In this document: in pieces, positions 11,684 to 25,174 of the stretch
Numbering within the stretch: the first letter of the stretch is position 1
Layout of the letters: every line of letters begins with the position of its first letter
Origin: Octopus sinensis
Lineage: Eukaryota
Length of the DNA: 64,000 bases
Reading direction: 5' to 3'
Assembly (NCBI RefSeq): GCF_006345805.1
Contig: NC_043005.1
Location: 97,960,001 to 98,024,000 of the forward strand
Position numbers and translations under genes: made by a program
The notes under the pieces: generated by a model
Told to the model about the DNA's origin: nothing
Seen by the model: only the letters and a program-made list of their open reading frames with translations
The model's database searches: none

Positions 11684-12005
11684 GACCACAAATTTAGTGG
11701 TTGGATACAGGCAAGTAAATCAGCATTGTAAATGAGTTTGAGGAACTTGGAACTTGAGACTGAGGTTGGGAAAGTGTGGGAGATTAAACTTTATAAGTAG
11801 CTATTCAACCATAAGCTAAAAAGGTAAGGGAACTCCACCCTTCCCTTCTATAGCCAGCACTTGCCGTCACTGAATCAAACTGAGACTATTATTTGATTTG
11901 TATTTTATCAAATCTGGAAGGATGAAATGAAATGTTAAATCCAGCAGGATTTGAACTCAGAAAGTAAAGTAACTTAAATGAACACTGTAAAGCATTTGGT
12001 CAAAT
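11490..12005 (-). mobile_element. Two degraded family-2 SINE fragments (about 11490-11650 and 11865-12005)
   Basis: GAAAGGATGAAA..CAAAGTC and GGATTTGAACTCAGAA segments match the family-2 consensus. Confidence 0.6.
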
Positions 12006-12409
12006 TCTCCTCACCCCTACCACTTGAATTTATATAGAGTACATAATTCTTTTTTTTTTTTTGTCATCTTCACTTCTCCTGAAAGAGTAAACAGTTCATT
12101 ATTTACTGGTTGTTGTTTTAAACTCTTTAACTGATTATTTCTTTTCTGGGTTCCTACAAACTGATTTCCGTTGCATTTCTTTAATAGTTTGGTTTGCAAT
12201 TAATCTATCTTTAATAGTCTCTCTAATTTTAAAGAATTAGTGTTATGACACAGTTCATTAAAGAGAATATGGTTCATGTTGAGAAATGTGCCCAGATATT
12301 TAGACTAGTCATAAAACTCAATTACAAAACATATTGTGAAGTCTATTTTTCTGTCTTTTAACTTGTACTAGTATTCAGAAATATTTCCTCTAGAGATTGG
12401 TAAATTGTG

Positions 12410-12672
12410 TGATCATCATCATCATCATCGTTTAACGTCCGTTTTCCATGTTAGCACGGGTTGGACGGTTCGACAGGGGTCTGGGAAGCCAGGAGGCTGC
12501 ACCAGGCTCCAGTCTGATCTGGTAGTATTTCTACAGCTGGATGCCCTTCCTAATGCCAACCACTCCATGAGTGTAGTGGGTGCTTTTTACATGCCACCGG
12601 CACAGGTGCCAGGGGAGGCTGGCAGTGGCCATGATTGGTTGGCGCTTTTTACGTGCCACCGGCACAGAAGCC
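12410..12672 (-). mobile_element. RTE 3'-tail copy nested in the hAT fossil
   Basis: (CAT)n-CGTTTAACGTCCGTTTTCCATG...CTGGATGCCCTTCCTAA consensus. Confidence 0.9.
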
Positions 12673-13641
12673 TAAATAATTTCTCCATTGATTGATCAGA
12701 ACATTCAGACTGCTTTCTGGCACAATGGGGAGAAAATGAACTTCTTGTAGAATGATAAATGCAGGAGATATACTGAGATCATGAGCTACCTTGAAGGTCT
12801 TGTATCTTTAAATGTGCAATAATTCTTTCACACTGTAAAGAAACCATTTTCTTTGAATATAGTGTTCTACTTGGAATTTCAAATAATCAGTTTTAAAACT
12901 TTTCCCACTGATTTATCGTTAAATCATTCTCTAATTAAATGTTCTGCTGACTTCCCTTCAAAGTAAACATCATTAATGTTTTTGCAATTAGTTTTATTGA
13001 TGAGATCAATTACTGATAATTTAATGTCTTTCTGTAATTCATCTTTGATAAAGAAACTCAAGAAATGTTGGCATTCTAACGATTATTATTACACAATGAC
13101 ACTGCACAGGTTCCAAATTGACATTCAGTAAATACTCTTGCACATTCTGCTGGAAGGGTAGCATGTGTTTAATTCCCTGAATCATTAAAGCCTTATAAGT
13201 TCTGGCATCACCAACTGTGTTGACTTCCAATTCACTTCGGAAATGAAGTAAAGAAGCAAAGTATCAAATTGTTATGAGACTACTGTAATAATTGTTTCTC
13301 AAGAAAGTCGCCTTGTTTGTGCAAGTTTGGGTATTTTTGTGGCAAGTTGTCATGACAATTTCTGGAATAAATCTGTTCTCTCAAACTCTCTTTGTTTCTT
13401 ATTACTGTGAAAAAAGTAAGATGTTAAATGCTTTAAAAGAAACTCCTACATATGGAGGTGATAGGCTGACAGCATAGCCAATATGAGGGAATGAATAACC
13501 AACATACTATGATAAAAACAGATGGCCACCACTTTGTAATAATTTTGGAACCCACTTTGCTGCCCATCATGGAAGAACACTTATTGCTTGTGAATACAAT
13601 AATAATTGCTACAGGAATTATTTTTTCATGTAAGGTATATT

Positions 13642-13988
13642 GGTACTACTAGCGAACAGTTGTCCCGGTGCGTGCACTTGCGCATCCATGCTAGCTAGTC
13701 GTAAGTAGTCGATCCTACAACGACTTGCGCATATGTTTGTATTTCAAGGCTGAATACATATCAAAGAAAATTAAATAAATTTTTCGATCAAAGTAAATAA
13801 AGCGCAAAGTAAATAATTTTTTAAACTAAGTAAATAAATTATTTTTATAAACAAACTAAGGTTAGGGTTAGGGTTAGGGTTAAAAAATTAGGTTTAGGGT
13901 TAAAAAGTTGTAGTAGGATTGACTACTCACAACTAGCTAGCACGGATGCGCGAGTGGCGCACCGGGACCACTGTTTGCTAGTAGTACC
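13642..13988. mobile_element. MITE with ~85-bp TIRs, an 8-bp TSD and internal TTAGGG repeats (Merlin-like)
   Basis: GGTATATT directly repeated at 13634-13641 and 13989-13996. Termini GGTACTACTAGC...GCTAGTAGTACC. GGTTAGGGTTAGGGTTAGGGTT at about 13861-13882. Confidence 0.88.
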
Positions 13989-15979
13989 GGTATATTTAGC
14001 AGCATTGTAAAGACAAAGAACTTTTCCATTTTCAACAACTACAGTGTCTAAGTGAGTGTCTAAGACATTCTGCAAATTCAAGTCAAAGTATCTTACAACT
14101 AAAGCCAAAATTTGGGAAACTGAAGTGTCTGTACTTGCATCAATTATGATGGAAAATTTGTGTCTTATAGATATCTTTTATCACTATTTTTCCATGGAAG
14201 TCTTTTTTCATCTTGAATAATGTACAACCATTTTATTCTTTTCATTGATAATTTTTAGCAATCCTATGTCAAGAAATACTCTCTTATGTATCATACCTTC
14301 AAAAGATGATAAACATTTGCAGGAGTGTTATGTTCAACAAAATGGCTAACAATAAACTGTTTGTTTTTGGTCGCCTGTTCACTCTCCATTGATTTTTTTC
14401 TTCTATGAATTGAGAAATATCAACTCTAGTTTTACCCACCACAAAGTATTTCTTATGTTTGATTGAAATTTTGTCACAATAACAGGAATTTATTTGCCTT
14501 TCTCAGAGTTGCCAACCCTTCTTCTTTGAATAATAGCATCTTCCATTCTCTTTTTTTCTTTTTTTTGTTAGTAGAAGTTTGCATTTCCCCACTCATTATT
14601 ATATTATTCAAACATAATAAGGTTATGACAGCTGGAAAAATAGGACCATTCATATACGAGTCACAGAGTAGCAAAAGCTTCTTAAGCACTAAAGACCTAA
14701 TGTAGTACAATATATTTATATTGGTCAAAGCACCAAACTCCACAGTATACATCATCTAATATCATGCCTACAAGGCATAGAATAAGACCAATGAAAACTA
14801 AAGAAGCACACAGGTGTAAACTTAGAGCCATGCAAAGAATTTTATGGCATGCCTCCATCATGAATGATGGAAGCATGGCGAGAGCTAGACTGAGTAACGT
14901 ACAAAATAACATTACTGTGAGACAGAAAAAGTTGTCTAGACATGATCCACACACTTTACAAAGAGACCTGTAGGAACCTCTTTTGAACGGAAGCCAGTGT
15001 GTGTGTGTGTGTGACAAGGGGTGGGCAAAGTGGGGGGAGGTAGATTTGTTAAGACTTGGTTGAGAATTGAGAAGTAGGACCTGGCAGGTATGGGCCTGGC
15101 CGAGGGGCAAGCTCAGGATAAAATATGAAACCGTGTCCTGGATGGAGATACTCTCATTGTCTGATGTTCCATAGAAAGCTGGAGAAACCAACGTAAAGAT
15201 ACACACACACACGCACATACACATACACACGCACACACACACACACAAACACACACACATACACATGCACACACAAAGACACATTCAAGTGAATCTGTAA
15301 TATGGAAAATGGTGCTCTATGGAATTGATGTTTTAAGTACTTTTCATTATTTGGTTGTTTTAAAATGTGTCTGTTATACATTCTCACTTCAAAAAGAGTT
15401 GGTTATATGAACTAAATTCGCTTTAAATAAGCTATCCAAAAGGATACTAAAATATTGAAATTTTCAATTAATCATGACATTATTTTATTCACTAATATTC
15501 ACTTCTAAAAGATTGAGATAGAAAATAAGATAAGAGAGTGATGTCAAAACTGTTTGTTACATAGACCAATTCTTCATTCCTTCTCTCTCTTTCTCTCGCT
15601 GTCTCTCCTTGTTTAAATCTAATTTTCACTTTCACTTTCTTAGATATCTAGTCTCTCCCCCTCTATCCCTTTCTCTCTCTCCCACCCCATCTGATCATAT
15701 GAAGTAAGGAGGGCAGTAAGACTGAGAAGTCAATGTTTTATTTCCTTCTCACTTCTTATCTCATTCTCCTCCATCTCTTCTTTTACTTTCTCTATTTCTC
15801 ACTTTCCCTCATCACACTCAGTCTCTCTTCTGTTTTACTCCGACTCCAGTGTTTAATCATATTAAAAAGCTAAGAGGGAAAATTAATATACAAGCATACA
15901 TGATGTATAATCATACTGGTTTTATATCACGCACACACACGCACACACACAAACACACACACACACACACACACACATA

Positions 15980-16535
15980 TGAAAGCGCATGACTCAGTGT
16001 TTAGAGTGTTGGGCTCGCAATCACGAGGTAGTGAGTTTGGTTCCCGGACTGGGCTCTGTGTTGTGCTCATGAATAAGAACATGCCACCTTGACTAACGGT
16101 TGCATGTAAAAAGCAGCAACCAATTATGGCTGTTGCCAGCCTCGCCTAGCACCTATGCCGGTGGCATGTAAAAAGCACCCACTACACTCATGGAGTGGTT
16201 GGTGATAGGAAGGGCATCCAGCTGTAGAAACACTGCCAGATCAGACTGGAGCCTGGTGCAGCCTTCTGGCTTCCCAGATCCCCGGTCGAACCGTCCAACC
16301 CATGCTAGCATGGAAAACGGACATTTAAACGATGATGATGCTCCAGTTCACACAGTTGTAGTAATGAGTTGCAATGTCACTGGTGCCAAGCTGTATCGGC
16401 TTTGCCTTTCCCTTGGATGACATCGGTGGCATATTAAGGGAAGGCTGGTATACATGGGCAACTGCCTTGACTTGTGTCTCAGAGGAGAGCTTTCTAGGTG
16501 CAGTCCCATGGTGATACATGATTGAAGGGGGTTCT
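15980..16535 (+). mobile_element. Family-3 SINE interrupted by an RTE 3'-tail insertion (about 16090-16340)
   Basis: SINE head at 15980-16080; RTE tail ending in GATGATGATG; SINE body resumes at CTCCAGTTCAC. Confidence 0.85.
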
Positions 16536-16845
16536 TTATATATATATGTATATAAATATACATATATAAAACACATATACAAGTTATTTTGAAGAATTTA
16601 TTTGAAGTATATAAAATGCCAGAGTATAAACTATATTCAAGCTATAAACCCAGATGGTTGAGAAAATCCCCGACAAGAGTGGGGAGGGAGGCTGGGACCA
16701 CCCTGCATTAGGAGTGCTAGTTGCTAAGGTCGATTGAATCTAGTCTAGAATTTGACTGGTGCTCATTTTGTTGTCCACAAAATTATGAAAGTCTTACTGG
16801 AATCAGCAACGGATTTGCAGATGATGAAGCAAGAAATCTTGCATA

Positions 16846-16994
16846 CAACTCCTCCTCCTCCTCCTCCTCCTTCCCCCCTCGTCCTCCTCCACCACCTCTT
16901 CCTCCTCCTCCACCTCGTCCTCCTCCACCACCTCTTCCACCTCCTCCTCCACCTCTTCCTCCTCCTTGTCCTCGTCCGCCTCCTCCTCATCCAC

Positions 16995-17025
<31 letters not shown>

Positions 17026-17340
17026 TCCTCCACTTCCACCACTCCTCCTCTTCCTCCTCCACTCCACCACTCCTCCTCTTCCTCCTCCACTTCCCCCCTC
17101 CTCCTCGTCCTCCTCGTCCTCCTCATCCTCCACCTCTTCCACCTCCTCCTTCACCTCCTCCTCCACCCCCTCGGTCTCCTCATCGTCCTCGTCCTCGTCC
17201 TCCTCCACCTCTTCATCGTCCTCTTCCACCTCCTCCTCGTCGTCGTCCTCCTCCACCTCCTCCTCGCCCCTCCTTCTCTTCCTCCTCCTCTTCCTCGTCA
17301 TCGTTCTCCCCCCTCCTCCTCCTCCTCCTCATCATCATCA
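16846..17340. repeat. ~490-bp (CCT/CCA/CGT)n polypyrimidine tract adjoining a tiny RTE tail (17330-17380)
   Basis: Direct periodicity; the Pro/Ser/Glu-rich ORFs occur in all frames and are artefacts. Confidence 0.9.
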
Positions 17341-18254
17341 TTTAATGTCTGTTTTCCCTGGTGGTATGGGTTGGACGGCCTCCACTCTCTGTTTTAACAC
17401 TTACCTTTATTAAATATATGTTTCATGCAATTACATACTTAATAATAATAATAATAATAATAAAAATAGTCATTAAATATTCATATTCGAAGCATCATTG
17501 TTTTATGATGTTCATGTATTCAGCTGCAGAGGTCTCTGCTTGTACTTTCTGTTAACTTTACAACCAGATCATCCGTGCTTGAGATTCGATGCCATTTCCA
17601 ATGACATTGCGGTGTTCATGAGAAACGGTTTGAACCTGAGTGGAAACTATGTCACAGATTTGGGTTGTCAAGATCTGAACTATCTCAGAATGATACTTGC
17701 CATCACTTCCATAATAATTATTTATGACATAAGCACAAAGCTAGAAATGTATATAAGAATGGAGCAATCATTTGTATATTCCTGGTACTTACTTTTATTG
17801 ACCAGTTGGCACAGACGAAAGAGAAGCCAAATATGGCAAATTATATGACAATTTCAATCATTACACTACAACAATAATGATCTTCTGGCTTTTCAAATTC
17901 ATATAAGTATGTTTCTCTCAATAGTTTCATTTCAGCTTTTTAATTTATTCACCCTGAAATTATGTTTTCAAATTTGCTTTTCAATTTATGCTTATATTTC
18001 TTATAACATTTACAAAGCCATTTCATTTTTTAATGTATAATAGTGAATAAATGAATATATTTTCTACCATAATTCCATTTATTTATAGAAGGTATTGTAG
18101 GAATATACCTCAATCCTAGTACTTGACTGGTACTTTATTTCATCGATTGACCCCAGTGGAGTTTCAAAATAACTGTCTCACATAAGTGATGGGAGGGGGG
18201 AGGGGAAAGAGGCTTTTCTAAAAGATAATTTCTTTTCGAGCAGGATCGTTACCA

Positions 18255-18527
18255 GCATTGCCTTACTGGCACCTGTGCTGTTGGCATGTGTAAAAGAATT
18301 CAAGCGAGGTCATTGCCAGTACCACCTGACTGGCCCCCATGCTGGTGGCATGTAAAAGCACCCACTACACTCTCGGAGTGGTTGGCGTTAGGAAGAGCAT
18401 CCAGCTGTAGAAACTCTGCCAGATCAAGACTGGAGCCTGGTGCAGCCATCTGGTTCGCCAGCCCACAGTCAAACCGTCCAACCCATGCTAGCATGGAAAG
18501 CAGACGTTAAATGATGATGATGATGAT
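18255..18527 (+). mobile_element. RTE 3'-tail copy
   Basis: Consensus core and (GAT)n tail. Confidence 0.9.
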
Positions 18528-18656
18528 TAAAATACATAATATTTCTCCAAATGTTACCCACTCCCTCACTTGTAACTCCATGACAGCCATCATCATTAAA
18601 AACATTTTCCCCCCTTTTGTTATTATATTCCATATTCTGAAGCATTTTAAATATCT

Positions 18657-18822
18657 CGGTGCAGGTGTGCTTGTGTGGTAAGAACCTTCCTGACCACATG
18701 GTTCTGGGTTCAGTCCTGCTGTGTGATACCTAGCCCAAGTGTCTTCTACTATAGCCTTGGCTGACCAAAGCTTTGTGAGTGGATTTAGTAGACAGAAACT
18801 GAAAGAAGCTTGTCATATATAC
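18657..18822 (+). mobile_element. 5' half of a family-1 SINE
   Basis: Matches the head of 39372-39777 (GGGTTCAGTCC, GCAAGTGTCTTCTACTATAGCC). Confidence 0.8.
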
Positions 18823-19413
18823 TGGGCCTTCCCTTAAATAATGTGGGTTTTTTATACTTCTTTTATTTTGAAAAATTCTTTTATTTTGCAAATGACTGAA
18901 ACAAGTAAAAGAATAAAAGATTAAAAGAAGAATGTAATCTAAATTTTTCCAGGTAAAAACAATTTTAAATCCATATGTTCTAAATGTCTGCACCTGTCAA
19001 CACATCATGTGTTTGGCACAGCATCTACCATTTAAATGGTTCTTTTCATTATTTATAACCATTTTATAATATTCCACATTCTGAAACACTTGAACTTCAC
19101 ATTGGAAACTAAATGAAACAAACAAAAATTGTTACCTTTCATAATTAAAATGATTTTTTTTTTGTTTTTGTTTTATTTTCATTATATTTCTTTTATACCT
19201 TTGCCACACTGCAAAACCTTTTTTCTATATGTCGCAAAAATTAAATGATGAGAAAAACTAGACTTACCTTATTTACATTAACTGTTGACACAATTCTCAT
19301 CAAATTGAATTTTACATACTATTTTTTTCATCTACAACAGAAGACAAAAACAAACAGAAATATGAGGTTCTACTTTAGACAAGTTGTTGCTGGGGCAATC
19401 TGTTGTTCTGAGA

Positions 19414-19455
<42 letters not shown>

Positions 19456-20924
19456 GAGAGAGAGAGAGAGAGCGGAAAGGAGATATTTTTGGTCTCTCTA
19501 TACTTTTCGTCATTTAAAAATATTTTCTACATTTACATTTTAAATGACTGAAATTATTGTTTTATAGATACTTCTTTCAAAATTTTAATTTTGTTCTTTT
19601 ACATTATCCACTTGTGGTGTTTGATTTTATTTTGTAATCATGACAAGTTCTATCAAATAGGAGTAGGAATTTTTGTTGGTTTTGCTTTAAATGCATATTC
19701 TAAGTGTTTCAGAATGAGGAATAAAATAAAATTATTAAAAATAATGAAAAAAAGAAACATTTTAGTGGTAGTTGCTATTCCAAAGACACGGTGTCGGTGG
19801 GGAGGCAAATGTTTAAAATACATAGATTAAAAACTCTTTTTTCCTCTAAAAATTTGGATTATGTGTTTCACTATACAGAATATTAAAAGAAAAGGGTGAA
19901 AAAAAATTTTTTAATGGTGATGGCTGTTATGAAGGTACAATGGGAAGAATAGAGGTGGGGGAGGGGCAACATTTAAAAAATTATGGATTACAAATTTTTT
20001 TTTGTATTAGAGGCTTTCAAACTTACCATTTTGAAGTGTGTGGTGCAAAACAAAATTTTTAAAATTCTGGCATAAATGGAGAAAATCCAATTTATGTTGA
20101 ACAGATATTCTGAAATTCCACCCAGACTGTTACCATGAAAGATGAAAGTCAGTCTATAACACTATTAGGATAATTTTGATATTATAATCAATATCATGTT
20201 ACATTTAATACAATTTGGCAATATTAATAATTTATTTCAACATCCTGTATCCTTTTTAATATATACATACATATATGCGTACATATATACATATACATAC
20301 ATATATACATACATATATGCGTACACTTGAATTATTAAATACATAACTAACTTCAACCTTCAGCATTTTTATATTAGGCTTTTATATTAGATTTTCATAT
20401 TTTCTTAGCTTTTTATAGTTGGTTTAAAACAAAACAGTTCCTAAACATATGTCCAAAGTCTCTGGATCTTCGCAGTACCATTTTCAAGAATTGAATATAT
20501 TTAGTGTCTGTGATGTTTCTTACAAACTGATTGAATTCATGTAGATATTCCTACCGAAAGTTTCTCTGCCATTAGCATCATCCATCAACACTGGTTGATG
20601 TGTGTATTTGCAGTTCAATCAATTTATACACAGACATGAAGATCTAGATTTTTGTTTTGCTATCTTTATAAATAAATGTGCATGAGTAAATAAATTAAAT
20701 TGCTGATGTATAAAGTGAAGCACAACTCTTTCAACCAAGTATAACTTCGAAGAAGAAATTATTACCTTCAACAAATCCACCTTATCTATTACTTATCTCC
20801 TTCCATCATGTTTATCTGAGAGATAAAATCACAAAGTAATTTTGTGGACAAATTACATAACATGCAACAATGCCTCTTTAGTTTTCTTATCTGAACAACA
20901 AGTTGTAAAAGAAGATATTTTTTT

Positions 20925-21225
20925 TTTTAACGTCCATTTTCATGCTAGCATGGGTTGGACAGTTTGACTGAGGTCTGGCGAACCAAACTCCAATCTGATC
21001 TGGCACAGTTTCTACAGCTGGATGCCCTTCTTAACACCAACCACTCTGAGAGTGTAGTGGGTGCTTTTATGTGCCACCAGCACGAGGGCCAGTCAGGTGG
21101 TACTGGCAACGGCCATGCCCAAATGGTACTTTTTAGGTGCCACCTGCACAGGAGCCAGTCCAGCGGCACTGGCAACAACCTCACTCAAATGTTTCCCATG
21201 CCACCAGCACAAGTGCTAGTAAGGC
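20925..21225 (-). mobile_element. RTE 3'-tail copy with about 3 degenerate repeat units
   Basis: Consensus tail CATGCTAGCATGG plus repeated TGCCACC.GCAC units. Confidence 0.85.
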
Positions 21226-22544
21226 GACAGGAAAATGGAAACAACAAAGGGAAAAGGTGAAATCAGAGCAACTCAGAGTTGCATAAATCAAAAACTTGTT
21301 TTGTTTGTTAAAATATTTGATTTCAGTTTTCCATTTTGATTTTCTAGTTCAAATACAGCTAATTACGATGAGTCGATGAGGAAGCCACTGTGTGGTCATG
21401 AGACCCAGTAAAAGTAACCAAATCTTCTTTGAATCACAATCTATTGTCTTTAAAAAAGGCCACATTGAATATTGCAGTTCGAGGGTGATCCTTGATTTTA
21501 CAACATTAATTCTCATTTGTGTAAATGAAGCTTTTTATCATACAAATCTTCTGTTAGGGTGAAGCACAGCCAGAGATTGGTGCCCCATCACCCATCCAAC
21601 TTTCCTCATAACTTTCTGGAGAATTCATATTATTTTAAATAAAATTTTGCAGGGACAAGTTTCTGAGGTTCTCTAATTTAAAGATCTTATAGTAACCAAA
21701 GCCCAGCAGCCCTCAGCAGAGAGCAGATTCAACATCTGGCTGATTTTTGGTTCATAAAAAATATGATACAAAATTCAAAATAATTCACATACCTTTTCTT
21801 CATAATAAAATTTCATGAAATTGACAAAGAGTGAAAGCAAATTAACTGGTCATTTGAAAAGAAAAAGATTCAGGGCCCTGAAAGATGTTACACATCATCC
21901 AAATTAGGATATTTCATGAAAGTGAAATTGATGTTGTAAACTTAAAGATCACTCAGTCATGGATACACTAATTTTGGCAAAAAAAAAAAAGAAAAAAAAT
22001 GTGGTGGTTATGGCTGGAATATCCTTGATTGTAGGTCTGCTTCTGGGACTAAACAACAATCATGGCTATTCAGTTACCAACCGACATATTTATTACATGT
22101 CCATGAGTTGATACATTGAATAAAAAGCATAAATGTTTTAGCTGTGACCAGAAGTCCATTAATGCCCTACTATACTTATAAGATATAAAGCAAGACTCTT
22201 CCACTGAATAGAAATAACTATGAATCTAAGTAAATATATTCCTGCATCATGAATTTTTTACATTGCAAATCTGTGACAAACGTATCTGAAACACTAAAAT
22301 CTCTACAAATATTTCAAGGATGAATAAAAACGATTATTTTTTTTTCATTTTATGTTATAATTGGTAACAACAGCATCAGTGGTTACAGGTTTCTAACCAA
22401 TGATGTCAAACAAATATGTATTTATGAATACAAACTAGATTGAGTGCATGAGTTCTTGATCTTTCAACTGTTTACTGTATATCACTGGTTTCTGCACAAA
22501 AGTATAAGGAAAAGAATTTCTGTTGTTTCAATATCATCCTCCCC

Positions 22545-24570
22545 CTCCTCATCATCATCGCTTAACGTCTGCTTTCTATGCTGGCATGGGTTGAATGGTT
22601 TGACTGAGAGCTGCTGAGCCAGAAGGCTGCACCAGGCTCCAATCTGATCTGGCAATGCTTCTACAGCTGGATAACCTTCCTAACACCAACCTCTCTGAAA
22701 ATATAGTGGATGTTTTTTACATACCACCAGCATAAGTGCCAGTCAGGCAGAACTGGCATCAACCACACTTGGATGGTGCTTTTTACACGCCACTGGCACA
22801 GGAGCCAATCAGGCAGCACTGGCATCAACCATGCTCAAATGGTGCTTTTTACATGCTACCGGCACTGGTGCCAATCAGGTTGTACTGTCATCGGCCATGA
22901 CAACAACTTCACATGCCTCAACAGATCTTCACAAGTGCAGTTTATTGCCCAATGATTCAAGGGTACTCTTAAATGGGCTGGTTATGCTGCACTGGCATAG
23001 GTTACAGTCTCACTTGGCTTGACAGGTCTTCTCAAGCACAGCATATCTCCAAAGATCTCAGTCACTTGTCATCACGATTGTTCGAAGGTCGTGCTTCAAC
23101 ACCTCATCCCAGGTCTTCATGAATCTGCCTCTTCCATAGGTCCCCTCTACAGCTAGGGTGTGACACTTTTTCACACAGCTGTCCTCATGACCACACCAGC
23201 ACAGTCGTCTCTCTTGCACACCACATTTGATGCTTTTTATGTCCAACTTTTCTCTCAGGGTGCTTACACTCTGTCCTGTATGCACACTGGCATTACACAT
23301 CCAGCAGAGCATACTAGCTTCATTCCTTGCAAGCTTACGTGTGTTTTCAGCAGTCATGGCCCACATTTCACTGCCATGTAGCATGGCTGTTCACACATAT
23401 GCATCATACAGTCTACATTTTACTCTGAGTAAGAGGCCTTTTATCACCAGCAGAGGTAAGAGCTCTCTGAACATTGCCCAGGCTATTCTTATTCTAGCAG
23501 CGACACTTTCAGCGCACCCTCCCCTGCTACTGACTTGGTAATGGAAGCTATCAACTACTTGTAGTTTTTTCCCCCTGGAATGTGACAGAAGCTGTTTTCT
23601 GCACATTTTTAGTGTTTATTGCCCCTGAGTTTTTGGCACATACAAAAACTATCTTTTCAGTTAGTCTTCCTTTGATATTGCTACACCTCTTATGTATCCA
23701 TAGCTTACACTGGGTACATCTTATAGAGTTTCTACCTACACCTCTACTACAGATCGAGCAGAGCCATCTACCTGAAGGGATTTGTGGTTTGTCAAGCCTT
23801 CCTACTTATTAAGATTTTGGATTTTGCTAGATTGACTCTAAGGCCCTTCGATTCTAGACCTTACTTCCACACCTGAAACTTCTCCTCTAGTTCTGATAGT
23901 GACTCAGCTATAAGAGTGAGGTCATCAGCATAGAGAAGCTCCCAGGGGCATCCTGTCTTGAATTCCTCTGTTATTGCCTGGAGGACTATGATGAATAAGA
24001 GGGGGCTGAGGACTGATCCTTGGCGGACCCCTACCCCTATCTGGAATTCTTCACTGTACTCATTGCCAACCCTCACCTTACTCACAGCATCCCTGTACAT
24101 AGCTCGTACAGCTCTCACTAACCACTCATCTATCTCCAGTTTCTGTATGACCACCAGATAAGGGATCAGGAGACCCTGTTAAAGGCTTTCTCCAAGTCAA
24201 CAAAAGCCAGGTACAGAGGTTTATCCTTGGCTAGTATTTCTCCTGTAGCTGTCTTACCAAAAATATAACATCAGTGGTGATTTTCCCTGGCACAGAGCCT
24301 AGACTGACTCTCTCCCTAATTAGCTGGGCTATGACCCTCTCTGTGACTTTCATTACCTGAGCCAACAACTTGATACCTCTGTAATTATTTGTATCTAATG
24401 CCTCACCCTTACCTTTATAGCAGTTGACTATGGTGCTGCTATGCCAGTCATTGGGTATGACTCCTTCATGTATCACCTGATTGACTATACGGGTGACTAG
24501 ATTATAGCCGACCCCTCCGGATATTTTAAGCATCTCTGTGGTGATTCCTGATGGGCTGGGGGCTTTCCCT
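22545..24570 (-). mobile_element. Older, 5'-truncated RTE-clade LINE with several deletions
   Basis: ORF fragments NYRGIKLLAQ, GVRQGSVLSP, YADDL, SICSRGVGRNSIRC, LHGSEMW; 3'UTR and (GAT)n tail near 22545. Confidence 0.92.
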
Positions 24571-25174
24571 ATTATTTGAATAACTCAACAACTTGCTCAT
24601 TGAAGTAATATCTAAATGGTTGACCATTTCACAGATATGTGTAGTCTTAAAGTAATACTCAGATGGATCAGTATGACATGGTTTGTGACAAGGCTGGGTC
24701 TTTAGAAAGAAAAAATTAACTGGATTAGGCTCATGATCCTTTATGCCTGGTTGCATAATGTCAAAAAAAAAAGCAAAACAGAAAAAAAGAAAAGCAATGA
24801 GGCATAAGAAATGTAAAAAAATTGAAATTTAAAAATATTCTTCTGCATAATCTCAGCCTGAGGATGCAAGTGGATCTGAAGTGGGTCTGGAAGATGCAAA
24901 AGTAGATCTGAAGGGTAACTAGTCTTTACAGAAGAGGTGGGAGCACTTCTCCAATGAGATATGCTAACCAGTAGTACAAAAACAATTGTCATGACTGAAT
25001 TCAGAATTTCCAAGGAGAACAAAATTGAAATTCCTCACCAACTGAGGAAAACTCAATATCAGAACATGGCTAACAAGGCACTTTATTCTCTATTGAAAAT
25101 GGTTGCCACAGTTTACCAGTAAGATTTGAGGACTGTTTCTTGCAGAAGATTGGTTTTGAGCCCAAACCTCCTCT

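Larger units (their letters stand above)
12090..14560 (-). mobile_element. Decayed hAT-superfamily transposase with nested insertions
   Basis: Minus-strand fragments: LAIFVEHN; FSIIIDASTDTSVSQILALVVRYFD (DxSTD catalytic region); SSMMGSKVG; KIPKLAQTR.LS; LYFISELEVNTVGDARTY; and a C-terminal dimerisation-like FSLMNCV...ETIKDRLIANQ. Many stops and frameshifts. Confidence 0.8.

Noticed and set aside
13039-13230. Apparent host exon ELEVNTVGDARTYKALMIQGIKHML
   Set aside because: Collinear with upstream and downstream hAT transposase fragments, so it is part of the fossil.
13861-13900. True telomere or chromosome-fusion scar
   Set aside because: Only about 4-5 TTAGGG units in one orientation, enclosed by TIRs and a TSD.
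14764-14973. Possible old RTE C-terminal fragment
   Set aside because: Only vague similarity (WHASIMNDG...LQRDL); too degraded to call.
16721-17413. Pro/Ser/Glu-rich ORFs (extensin- or formin-like)
   Set aside because: Open in nearly all frames on both strands because (CCT)n lacks stops; no flanking protein-like sequence.
24857-24914. Possible 58-nt plus-strand exon PEDASGSEVGLEDAKVDLK
   Set aside because: Splice signals are plausible but the peptide is unrecognised and isolated; chance cannot be excluded.
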